Source: Laetmonice hystrix
Lineage: Eukaryota
Length of the DNA stretch: 64,000 bases
Assembly (NCBI GenBank): GCA_965235115.1
Contig: OZ249438.1
Span: 30,256,001 to 30,320,000, forward strand
Reading direction: 5' to 3'
The notes under the pieces: model-generated
Told to the model about the DNA's origin: nothing
The model's database searches: none
The model's input: the letters and a program-made list of their open reading frames with translations, nothing else
Translations under genes and position numbers: made by a program
Shown: positions 25,748 through 38,305 of the stretch, piece by piece
How the letters are laid out: the number at the start of each line of letters is the position of its first letter
Position numbering within the stretch: position 1 is the stretch's first letter

Positions 25748-26743
25748 GTCTATGAACCCTCCCCTGTAGGTCCATGACTGTAAGAACCAATAAAGATCAT
25801 CTCCGGTCGGTGGTCCTGGCGACGAGTTGTTTATTGCCGTTTTGTGACCGCCATGGGACATATGGCTGCGCCTGGCTCCAAACAGATTGTACTCCCCTCA
25901 TATCCGCGTTCGCCTATACGGCCGCCAGTAACTAGGGAAACGATACTAATGGCCAGAGCAAGTACAAATAAATGTTTCTCCCTTCTCTCATTGGAATACA
26001 TCCAACTGGCCCAGCAATCTTAATTCTCAATCCTCAGAGAAAGGTCGCAGATTTTAAATAGTCTCCACGGCAATGAAGCGTTGGTGAAAAACGTTGGACT
26101 TGCAGATTCCGACTCTAAATACAAGGAATATAGCGGCACAAGAATGGGGAAAAAAATTATGTTCCTTTCAAGACAAATAAGATTCTTGGATTTGGTATCG
26201 GGGCACCTTTAACCCCGTGTGTTGCCCTCTACAAAAACTAAAAATAATTTCAACTCATTTAGGCTAAGTCACTACATATATACGAGCAAGCACCTCCTTT
26301 GATTCCGAAGTTGCTTCCTTGGTGCGAGTTTTTACCGATTACATTTAATATAGGCCTAAAGTAAAATTCTGCTGACATCTGTCATCGAACCTGTATAATC
26401 ATTAAGGAACACTTCCTGAACTATATATAATTATAGTATCGGCTTTCTACGGTAATAGAATAGTGACCTGATACGATGTTTATCGAAGTTTTGCCTTCAT
26501 AAAATTACCGTGGTCTCCCCAATAGTGTAGAGCGACAGAATAGCACATAGCTAAGAAATTGAGCATTTCTAATACTACTACTACCCAATGATGGCAGTAA
26601 CAAAAGAATTGTTGGAAGTTGACCATATGAAGCAAAGGCGATTCCACACATGTACATATGGCCTTTTTAACTCAAAAGAAAACAAAATATGCCTTCATGA
26701 TAGGAGTTATCATTTATCCACATTGTAGAAGCAGATATAGCAA

Positions 26744-27203
26744 ATACTGCTAATATCTGACATAAATCGGTACTGTATACTGCTAGTATCTGACATAAAT
26801 CGGTACTGTATACTGCTAATATCTGACATAAATCGGTACTGTATACTGCTAATATCTGACATAAATCGGTACTGTATACTGCTAATATCTGACATAAATC
26901 GGTACTGTATACTGCTAATATCTGACATAAATCGGTACTGTATACTGCTAGTATCTGACATAAATCGGTACTGTATACTGCTAGTATCTGACATAAATCG
27001 GTCCTGTATACTGCTAATATCTGACATAAATCTGTACTGTATACTGCTAATATCTTACATAAATCTGTACTGTATACTGCTAGTATCTGACATAAATCTG
27101 TCTGCTAATATCTAACATAAATCGGTACTGTATACTGCTAGTATCTGACATAAATCTGTATTGTATACTGCTAGTATCTGACATCAATCTGTACTGTATA
27201 CTA
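26744..27203. repeat. 33-bp minisatellite, ~14 copies (ATATCTGACATAAATCGGTACTGTATACTGCTA)
   Basis: Unit cores counted at 26757, 26790, 26823 ... 27178. One unit carries an 8-nt deletion. There are no spacers. Confidence 0.97.
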
Positions 27204-28707
27204 CAAGACAGACATAAATAACTAGCGCTCGGTAACATCGGATTTCTGCTAAAATGCAAGTGTTTAATGATGTACAAACTTCAGCCTCACGAATGACAAA
27301 ATCGAACTACAGTCACAAAGGTAGCCATTTAATCGCAAAACGCTGGGGGTTCAATGAATGCGCGTGCCACCCACCGCTGGCTGTAGTGTCCACTGGAGCT
27401 TTGTTCGGGACATTGTTTACATACAGCGCCAAATGAGTGAAATACCCTTCTATTGTTACCCGTGCATGAAAGATTAAAATGGTGGACGCATCACCGGGAG
27501 GGTTAATCATTGCTTAAGTTAATGGAGCCCGATCCTTGGTGTGTAATGTCGGGACCGACCCCTCTGGACGACGTGCCACAGGCCGGCCAAACGGCCAATA
27601 TGGACACGTCTCACCGTCAATTACCCATTGACCCTTTCGGTAGTGTCGTGCTGTGGCAGCAGTGACAGCATCAACTGTCCACCTGTCCTGCTGCATGCCC
27701 CATGACCGATTTATCGATTATATTGTATCTCTGCTCTACCCGCACGGACGCCAGCCCTTTCCAGACAAAAATGGCATCCGTCTATTTCACTTCAGAATGA
27801 AAGAATCTCTTGTCAGTTTGTTCCACAGTCTACTGATGCGTTTTTAGAGACAACACCTCATTGGTCTACCAGCTTTCTAAGCTCTTTTACAGTAATACAA
27901 TTTGACCTATCAGTTTCAGTAGTTCATTGTGGTCAATAATTAATGTGTCATTATCTAGTATACTGTTTAAAAAGACAAACTCATTAAAATTCCATTTTCA
28001 AATTCCTACATTTCGCCGCTTTAGGTTTCAGGTAGGCCATTTGAGGCCCATAACAAGATGGTAGATCTAAGCCTCATGGCAAGGATAAAGGAATTCTTGA
28101 CTGTCTTACTATAAGCTCCTCGTTAATGACGATGTCGGTAATATACCTAGCTGTCGATGGGAGCCCACTCGTCAATTTTGCTATTCATTTCTATACATTT
28201 CTATAGGATATCGTTAATAACGAGAGAATAGTAAGACGGGCCCCAGCTGGTCGTTTAAGCAGAATGCTAATGGTTTCCAAGTTTACTTAGAAACGAGAAG
28301 ACAGAAAGAGGAGTTCCTGATAGAGCGGGCCCGGGGGCGACGTCCAACATGGACTGTGGGAATGGTACAAGGCGCACACAAGTGGAGGCCAATTGGCCCC
28401 AGTGGGTAAGGATGGAGACAGGGGTTTGATGGGAGGGCGGGAGGAGGTGGGGGTCTGGACAAAACAACCCCCCAGGTCCTCGCGATCTTCTGACCACCAT
28501 CGGCCTCCTTCTCCTCCTACCCATTCACCAGACCATTGTTAATCCTGATCAAAGGTTTATTTGTCATCTGCTCGAATCGGGCACAGCTGCACGGACAGCT
28601 GCATGACACGGACGCCCAATCTCCATGGTAAATGAGCAGGGAGGCAGCGTCGGCTGACTCACTCGGAAATAACTCTTCCCTTCTACACATTTCCTTCTCT
28701 TCCATTT

Positions 28708-28901
28708 NNNNNNNNNNNNNNNNNNNNNNNNNNNNNNNNNNNNNNNNNNNNNNNNNNNNNNNNNNNNNNNNNNNNNNNNNNNNNNNNNNNNNNNNNNNNN
28801 NNNNNNNNNNNNNNNNNNNNNNNNNNNNNNNNNNNNNNNNNNNNNNNNNNNNNNNNNNNNNNNNNNNNNNNNNNNNNNNNNNNNNNNNNNNNNNNNNNNN
28901 N
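28708..28901. other. Assembly gap (194 N)
   Basis: Run of N flanked by pyrimidine-rich sequence. Confidence 0.99.
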
Positions 28902-30066
28902 TGCCCTTCTGTCTCTGCATGTACACAAATGATGACATAATTCCCTACATCTCTGATCTATACTTTCCTCGCCTTTTCATTGTTACGACATCGGCGAATC
29001 AGAGTTGGGATGACAAACCGTTCACCTTTTACGAGCTATATGCCCTTGGAAGTTTAGACAAATGCCATGGCCATTTGCCGCTGTGCTGTTCTCTCAGTTA
29101 AGCCATTCTAAGGTGTTCAGTGCACACATATCGTTCGCCCTGCATGTTTAAACATCCTAGCATTTTCACAGTAAGAGGTAAAAGACATAGGCCTATACCT
29201 GCAGCGATCCCAACAATGTTGTTTCGTTCATTTTATCAGTTTGTTATTACGAGGCTGAGACTAGTTATAGCCGTGGCAGAGGAAACAAGAGACCGACCGT
29301 CCTGTATGAGAAGCTTTGCATGAAATACACATGCATCACCAGCATGTATTATAAGCCTGTTTCCATTGCCGTCTTTGAAATATAGTAGGCCTACTTATTT
29401 CATGCATATTATATTTCAGAAGGGCTTTCCTGCCCTATCTGCATGTTACTACGTACTCTTGTATTATACGGTGATTTTATGCCATATAATCTGTTGCAGA
29501 ATTCCACATTGTATAACGTAGCTTACAGTGTAAAACCCACCGATTTTATGCTGGTAGATCTGGGCAGTTGTGACCTTCATATGCTGTTAGACTATGGGCG
29601 GGAAACTGAGCGCAGGTTTACGTATGCAGACGATGGATGGGGTAAAACTGCTGTAGCCTATGAAACCTAAAACATCAAGAAATCTCTTCAAGACCACTAG
29701 ATTTCCTTCGGCCCAGTTTTCAGTCGACATAATCTAACCAGTGACATATTGCCTTTAAACCGTTTCTATCTTGGTCCACAATGTGAAGTTAAGAACCAGA
29801 AATTAGCTTGGTTTAGGTCTGCGCCGTTCAAGTCCCTATGGCCCCGGCTGACAGCCTGTGGACAAGCCTAGAGCCCACTGAAGGCCACACGTAATTACAG
29901 GCGGACGAGTTGGTCTCTGCTCTGCTGACAGCCCCCTCTTTCATTAACCCTTGTAACCTTGCACACGACCTGCTGTTTGTTGTGGTGGCAATTTTAATCA
30001 ATTACTGTTCTGGGACTCTAGGAATCCTCGAAGGTTCCTTATTGACCTATTCTTCACGTGAACCAA

Positions 30067-30246
30067 TGGTCTGGGAGCCAGCGTCCTAAAATTTTGGTTT
30101 TGTTGCACCCCCCTGGCAACATTGTGATAGAAACATTTTGCCCCTGAAATATCATACTTTCAGAAAAAATAGGGTGTACAATGTTGCCAGTGGGGTGCAA
30201 CAAAGTCAATTTTTAAGGCCCTTTCTCAGCATGGGCTCCCAGACTA
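30067..30246. mobile_element. Foldback-type MITE (~180 bp)
   Basis: Outer inverted repeat GTCTGGGAGCC/GGCTCCCAGAC, plus an inner 27-bp inverted repeat with one mismatch (30099-30125 / 30178-30204). Confidence 0.65.
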
Positions 30247-31207
30247 CAAGCCTCGAGCTATGAGTACCTCCATTAATTAGAGATGATCTGTTTTCAAACA
30301 ACGTACTCAGTACGTATGTGGGCCCCTGGGACACAGTGTATACTGTAAACAGGGTAACATAGGATAAGGCTGTTATTGGATATTCAGCTTTATCTGCAAA
30401 CCACATCAAGAACGCCAAATGTAGGTGGCTAAAAGTAAGGGGTTTAGGGGGGAGGGGGTTCGCTGTTCCCAATATGCAGACTGCATTTTGTAGAGTGGTT
30501 AGAACATTATGCAATAACGAGCACTAAATCGAACTCAACGATAAAATACCAGTCTGGCATTTTCTTCCTGATGAACTTATTACTACGTGAGTAAATTACA
30601 CAAACAAAAAGTGTAGTGAAAGTCTCTATATCCTGACACAATGCTTGGCGGTGTGAGACGTATGCACAGGTCGAGGAGATTCGCTCACTTGGCAAGGCCC
30701 GTTATCAAAGCAATTTTCATTATCTACTAACCATCTAGATCTTTAAATTTAATCCTCCGGTACTATTGAGAGTTTCACCCGTCACATAGGATGTTCAAGT
30801 GATTTACACATATAAAAACGAGACAAGACTAGATAACAGTAATAAAATATTCTTTATGTTTTTTTAAATTACATTATCAATTCCATACCCGTCATCCAAT
30901 TTTAACCTTTAAAACATCTGTCATTCACCTTTCATTTAGTACCTGGCGGCAAAATGTTCATCACCTGATAGAGTTTGTGTACTCGTTCAGTTAACCACAC
31001 CAGTATAGAGGTGTTCAGGTAAGGAGAGGGGTGAGGGAGGACTGAATCATCTCATCAATCACTCCTGCCGCCACTGCCCAAAACTTACATCCCAGATTTA
31101 CTTGTTTGATACATTTTAATGAAGATTCTATGAGGGATGACAGTAGTTATCTCGGACATGAATAGCCGGCAGACTCTCTATGTCACATTGGACCACTTTC
31201 TGACTTA

Positions 31208-31584
31208 CCGTATTGACGCACTTTTAGGAGCATGCGCCTATATCCGGGCACTTTCTAATTTCCCGCGTTAAATCTATTATTCAGATATAGGCGCACCCAC
31301 GTACGTGATTATATGGTGCAGTTGTGTTACCGTATAGGCCTGAGAACATGAATGGACGTGGCCTGGGCCCATGTTTTTCACTCGAAGGACTGTCGGTGGC
31401 AGTATTGCACTGTACCATTAGGGGTGTGCATGTGCGCCTAAATGTGAATATTGGGGTGCGCCTGTATGTGAATATTCGGGGTGTGCTTATACCCAGATAT
31501 AGGCGCATGCGCCTAAATGTGACGATTTTTGATTTTAAAATTTCCCAAAAAAACGCAAAAATCCGCTAAAGTGCGTCAATACGG
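31208..31584. mobile_element. Tc1/mariner (pogo-like) MITE, 377 bp
   Basis: TA|CCGTATTGACGCACTTT ... AAAGTGCGTCAATACGG|TA: 17-bp perfect TIR with a TA TSD. Internal GCGCCT..ATGTGAATATT.GGGGT repeats. Confidence 0.92.
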
Positions 31585-34500
31585 TACACAGCAAAATCTA
31601 CCCGCCATATTGGGCCACTGTCTGACATATACCACCAACGCGCATCCCTCCTCAAGGCCTATTTATAGAATTTATACACCGGATATTCCGAGACAACTAT
31701 GGGAATGACAAGATGCAAGGTCAACACCGATGCACTTGAGATTTGAAATAGAAAGCACCATTTTGATTTCTCCTTCGGATTGAAAGAAAATAATTTGTAA
31801 ACAGGTGCATGACAAGTCAAATTAGGCAGGACTATGCATAGCAAGTGATTTGATTAAAGCGACTCTCTGCTGCTCATAATGTTGCATAGTTGTTTTTTTC
31901 ATTTTGTGAATTAAATTGCCAATCACATAACAAGAATACAAGGAATTTGAGATATTTCTATGAACTGAACACAAAATATGTTAATTGCATAACAAGCAAG
32001 AGAATCACTAACACAATTTGACATGTTTTCACAATATGAATGAAAAATTGGTGTCTGATCTATATCAGATGTGCATTTCTCAATGCTCCAACACAGAAAA
32101 AAACTAATCAGGTTCTCTTTAATTCATCAATGTCTGGCGAAGATGCCTGAGAAAAAGCTTTGTCTTCTGGGCTCTTCTCCTCTCGGCAAGAGAAATCTGT
32201 GTCCTACGAGTGTGAGGAAAACTTTGTTTGATTGGTTCTTGTCTCCATTCTGTCAATCAATCACTGTCTATTAGCTTCTAGGTGGTATTAACTTTTCAGA
32301 CACTTATCTGTCAGGTACATTAAAACTGGTTCTCGCTGATGGTGCGCTCAGATAACAAAGAGGCATTTTATAGTTGTCTTCCCCCCGCTCTGTGAAGTCG
32401 GTGCTCCTGGCATGGCTTTGATAGCATTTGATTTGCATAATAGAGTGGATGTTATCATGGCATAAGTCCGGCATTCTGCGAGTAGTTGGTAGCGGTAGGC
32501 GCAGAATACGATTAACCCGCGTGCGCCACTTCACACTGGTTGCGTCACGCAAATTTTCTCTCAGTTTAGTGTTCTGTAAAAATTTAAATCTTCCAGCAAC
32601 GAAATTCGACTTTAATGTTTACTGTAGAGCTAGACAAAGAATGCAAAGATTAGAAAGTAGTAGCGTAAAATAGTGAAAGAAATGCAGTTATAAAATAAAA
32701 CACGAAAGATTCTCGTAGTAAAAATATATTTCACGAGGATGATCAATCAATGCTGTCTGACGCATGGTAGCCACAAACGGGAAGCCACTAAATGAATCCT
32801 ACCAGTGGCTTCTCGTTGATAAAACAACAGTTGCAGTTTTAACAGCTAGGTGACCTGTCCATTATTCTATAACTCTTCGACCATTTTTCTCTGTCTCTGC
32901 TCTTTACCCCGCCGCTGCCGTATCAATGCAAATCCTACCACCAAGTGTTCCTTTCTAATTACCGGAACATGTGTGCATATAATGACAGTCTGTCCTTAGA
33001 ACAGACAGACAGACCATAGAACCTCATGAGCTAAAGATGTTTGAGATCCACGAGTATCCGATCACAAGTCATAGAAAATACAGCAACATGTATACATGTT
33101 GCAGGACTCATGTCTGTAGTAAACTAAGAGTTTTATTTAGATGCGGGGATTGTCAATGCATCAATCGCCTCTTCTACTTCAGTCTGGTAAACTTTGGCCA
33201 CTATCGGCAGTAGTGTGGGTCGAAGACGCTGAACTGATATCTAAAAATTAGTCTTCACTTCTTTGTTAAAACACCAGTAAGAGATGTGGATGCGATATTT
33301 TTCTCAATCCCTTGAGATGACATGGAGAACAAATCAGGGTGTCTCTGACCAGTGCACTATCCTCAATAATCAGATTTAGCCCATTACATCTAAAAGCCTA
33401 AAACGGTCCTTGGTCTAAACTTGGTTTCTATGGATTTCTTTGCTATTGGCGATTTAACATGCGAAAATAACCAGATTATATTATCACAGTATATCACATA
33501 TTTAAGAGACAGGTACTGGTACCCTATATCAATGACTCTGTCCCGGCTTTGGACCGTCTCTTTGCTTGGTCTTAATGCGCGGAGAGAATGTAACCAACTC
33601 TTTCTCTTTTTTTCTGTCTTTACTTCTATTGTTTAAACCTTCCTGTATTTCCCCCCCTTAACTTATAAGCCGACCACTGAGGAACAAATTTATTTTGAGA
33701 TTAGCATGAAACATTTATGAAAGGCTTCGGTAAGGAATATCGGTTAAGAAATATCCTTATCCTCACCATTGTTTGGACCAACTATTGGCCATTATTAATT
33801 GCGTCTCCTTGGTGTCAAGCTGAACAGGATTTATCGCCGTGGTATTCATAATCTGGAAATCCATTGATCCATAGATAATGCCATGGTGTATAGTTGCTAG
33901 AAACTAATCACAAATAAATCATTTTCTCACCCCTCACTTTGAAGGACTGGAATACTTCATTCTGAATCCTAATGCTCTGGTGATTTCAGATGCAGAAAAA
34001 AGTTAAAGTGAATTTTTATTGGAAACTTTTGCTTGCATGAATGTCCATGGATTTTTCCACCCTGCTTGCTGTGCTGTTAATCCCAAGATCAATTGATTAA
34101 ACAATTAATCTATGTGGCAGTTAATCAATCTATGATTCCCGTGCCATAACCCCATTGTAATCCATCATCGGGATATCTGGCATGCCAACGTTTCACTTTT
34201 TGTACGCAAATATTTTTTTAACTGTCTTTAAAGCAGAACAACACATTGTTCTCCTATGCTGATCAAAATGTCCTATACTTTGAGACCCAGCACAGATATG
34301 TCCTGTTCATGTTTAAATCACGACCTATTTAATTTCGAGCAGATAGAATCATGAAATTTTCACCAGGGACAAAGTGCGCTGCCTGGCGGTTGATGTTCTG
34401 TAATTGGGACATTGCATGATGCCAGGACGGAATCACGAGGGAACCATCATCACTCTAGACTGAGGTGCACCGAGCGACCGTAATGTCATTTCCAGACCAC

Positions 34501-34865
34501 TGGATCATTAGCTGATACACAGGTCAGAGGACCAAAAGGCATTCCTGACTGACAAGACTCCCATTTTGTCATTTTTTTCTCTGGCCCCAGCCTCCAACGC
34601 GTATATCACGGCCAAAGTTTAACTTTTACCTAACGTCTTTACATTGTTCTCTTCAATTCAACACATTATTCTACTACTTATGCTCCTACTAAGCCAATAC
34701 GACATCCTTCTAAATCGTAGCTTGAACATTAACATTGACATATTTTTCGAACCTTTAAAATATTTCTGAAAATCTGCTTCAACCTCTCAATGTTTTACTT
34801 TGGTCCTCGAATTTACCAAACAGCGATCTTAGTTTAAGGATTTTATTAACTTATCCTTAACTTAA

Positions 34866-35757
34866 AGGAGAAGACCAGTCAAAAATCACATTTGGACAGC
34901 TGCAAGGCCTCTATGCACTCACCTTTCAGAGTAGTGGTTCGAAATAAATATCCCCCCCCATTCCAAAAAGTCATATGTTGAACATGACAACCGTGTCAAA
35001 ATCACTGGCTTCAGCGGCGCAGCCATTTGTTGCTATTGGGCTGGCCGGAAGTGACGTTTCGGGGCTAATCTATTGTATGAAGGGGCTAGGCTAGACTAGA
35101 CTAAAGTAAAGGCAGCCGGGGCGGGTCGGCAAAATCAACGGGGGTCAGTCCCACAGTCACAGTCACAACTAAAACAGGTCTGTGCTGAAGTGACCACAAG
35201 AGTCTGACACTGCCAGCACCCGCCCGCGGTCGAAGCCACGGTCAGGGCCCGGCCCAGTCGCCCTGCGGGTGCCGTCAACATCACGAATGCAGGCGGCCGA
35301 AACCCACGGCTGGAGCTTGCCGAGATCCGTGTCCACCCTGATATATCCCCTGACATCGGTAGGCTTAATTCCCAGCCAATCCTCTTTACTATGATCGGTA
35401 GTTTTCGTCTATGTTCTAACAAATTTTGCTTATATAAATAAGCTGTCAACGTTCGCTCATAGACCATACAACATGGTCTATGGTTCGCTCAACGCAACAG
35501 GTGCGTCAGTTTTTCGTTACTCCCAAACTGGAGAGCAGTGGTTGGAGCATGCGCAAAGTGAGATTAGACCAAGAGATTAGCCCAAGCAGACAGCTATGGC
35601 CGCCATCACCAGCGGAGCAGGTTCTAAGCAGGCTCCGGCACTGAAGTGCTTATATCTTAACTATTTAAGCACCAATTGTGTTCAAATATTTTTTAACTTG
35701 CTTAGAATATCACGGCCTGTGTGCCTGGCCTGTACAGACTGGCGGTGGTCTTTTCTT
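34866..35757. mobile_element. Probable non-autonomous Kolobok-like element (892 bp)
   Basis: TTAA|AGGAGAAGACCA ... TGGTCTTTTCTT|TTAA: 12-bp TIR with 2 mismatches, TTAA TSD, purine-purine start. GC-rich interior. Confidence 0.55.
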
Positions 35758-38305
35758 TTAACAACTTTTTCTAACAAAAGTTTGAAATGAACACTAAAGC
35801 ATGCTCCATAAACTTTTTTTCTTCAAATCAAGAATTCACACACATCCGTCCGACAAACTACGTTGCAGCCAGCTAAGATTTTTCTAATAGCCGTTAGCCT
35901 AGCGTGGATCAAATATTCAGCGAGTTCAATGACCTTCCAACAGTGTCTTCACGCACGAGAGGCCTCTCGTGTACAGCCAGGTTGTCAGACAGATGGCACA
36001 CTCTCCTCCGTGATTGATGCTAAGGCGGAAAAACAATGCATCAAAAATCTACCTTGGCACTCGCCTGTCTTTGGATCAAGGGGGAGCTTATGATGTCCTA
36101 GTGTTTGACGGATGGTAGAGGCACACCTGATCAAAGCAAAGGCACAAAGCCACAATACGGTCATAAATCACGTCGAATGTCAACATTACGGAAACATCAG
36201 ACGCCCTGTCACCTTGACGGCCAGCCGTGTTCATCATCTGTTTGTTTCTTGATTCCTGAATTTGTCATGTGATCACAATACCAGTGCATGATCCTATCAT
36301 GAGTGAACAGGATAGTGTTGATCAGATGGCTTTTGTGTGCGTGTGGGTAGTCTGTTATTATTTTTGTTTTCTTTGCGACTCTGGTAGCCTACTGATCGAG
36401 GTCACAAAGCTAAGAATAACGAAGGGAGTTGTAGTCATTACCTTTTGTTTACGGGATTAGGAACCGACAGAACCTACATAAGCTATGGGATTCTGCTGAC
36501 GATGACACAAAAGAGGGGAAGAATATCTCTAGATCTGTAATCGCTGACCGTGAACACCACAGGCGATCCAACACTGAATTGTCATTCCTCCAACTCACCT
36601 ACCACTTGGTATCAGAAACATATCTTAGTATTCAAAACACGATACAGTCAGACCTGGTTCATACTGCTTTTTAAATATATCTACACCTCGCAATACGTTC
36701 TATATTCTCTATTTGAGAAATGACTCAGGAATACGTTTCGCTATCGGAACACACTTTAATGCTCCCAAGCTTGGATTTACGACGCCTCACCGTACGCACA
36801 TGTTGATAATATTCAGACCTGTTCATAATAGTCAGCCTTCCACATTCTGTCATGTCGGGCAACATGAAATAAAGTACTATAGGGACGTCTCTGATGAAAT
36901 TTACTTTAACTCTACAACTATGTAACTAGGGCGAGGCATAGTAACCCTGTTCTAGTAATCTGCGTATTTCAATTAAAATTTCTTTGAATCCAGAGCGATG
37001 TTATCATACCAAATTTCCATCTGTAAGCTGGATCATGCCAATGCGGCGCTTTGGCCTGAATGAATCATGAATTCAACTCAAGATTGATTGCTTGGCAAAA
37101 TTACAACCCAACCCTGAAGAACCCATTCTGTCGTGACGATCATCTTATCAGTGAAACAACATGAGTCTGCACGGAACGGTGGAGCCTCAGGGCTGATACA
37201 TCAAGCGAGCCCAAAAACCCTTAACCGATACGCAAACACAACTCCCTCAAACAACTTTTCTTTTACGTGACTCCACAAAACTCCACATATTAAACATTCA
37301 CTTTGATGATGCTAGGCAAACGCACGCTTCATGTTCCAGGCTGGTAGATTTTTTAGGTCACCCTTCCCACTCAGAACGTATAAATTAATCAATTAATTAA
37401 TCCCTTTATCTCTCCTGGCTCATGCATGATATTACATAATGACAACAAATTTTCATGGTTTATTCTGTCCTTAAATCAGAGATAAACAAATTTACATGGC
37501 AACATGTCGACCAGTTCTGACTTCCAAGACCAAATTGCATCTTTTTCTTCTTTGTCTTATATTTGACAGCCGTAATGGGTTTAATTTGAAAACGATTGGA
37601 AATTCCACATCCATTAAATGATTATTTTACCGTATCGTGTTTTGTTTTCCTTCTATCGAAACGTACCCGAATAAACTAGCCAGGCCTGGTTTTAATTGGC
37701 TGCTGCAGCAGCTGCAATTAGGCCAACAGTAATTGTTTTATTCGAATGGCATTGAATTCAGGCAGTAATATCCTAATGGAGGGGACGTCAATTAGGAACA
37801 CCTCACAGCGGTATAGTACAAAAGTAAGCTTGCTGTTGCGGGGGCTGTTACGGGACGACTGTTTATATTCCCAAAAACGTTGAACAAGTCCCTTCCAGCC
37901 TTTCGATATTTTCTAATGCGATGCGGGTATCCTTTCCAGATCCTAACTCACTTTGAGGCCAACTCTGAAGTTTCACATCCTCTGCATGATTGGTTTCAAG
38001 AATCCGCCTGTCTTGATAACATACTTCCCTGAATTAAACTAAAAAGATTGTTCGCATTCCTAACCCTGTTTCAAGTAATAAAGTGATTTATTTACAGTGA
38101 ATTCCACTGGCCTTCGGCACAAGAGACGCTCATCAAGAACGTAGGAATTGGATTTCTAACTATTCATTTGGTCAGATCATGCAACCAGTATCAGCAAACG
38201 TAAGACCCTTGGCGGCATATCAAGGTTTATTTGTCCGCACCTTTCTATTTATTTTGCCATACTGAAGGGAGATCTACTCCAAAGATTTAATGTAAAACTA
38301 CATTT

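Noticed and set aside
26744-27203. CRISPR array (33-bp repeats)
   Set aside because: Units are head to tail with no unique spacers, there are no cas genes, and the context is eukaryotic. It is a minisatellite.
26710-27277. ORFs made of MSDISSIQYRF repeats
   Set aside because: By-product of a 33-bp (multiple of 3) tandem repeat that lacks stops in one frame; no splice or homology support.
28564-28940. ORFs spanning the N run
   Set aside because: Artefacts of translating through an assembly gap.
30940-31018. 79-nt plus-strand coding exon with good splice sites
   Set aside because: Stops in all three frames and no linked exons; indistinguishable from a pseudo-exon without RNA data.
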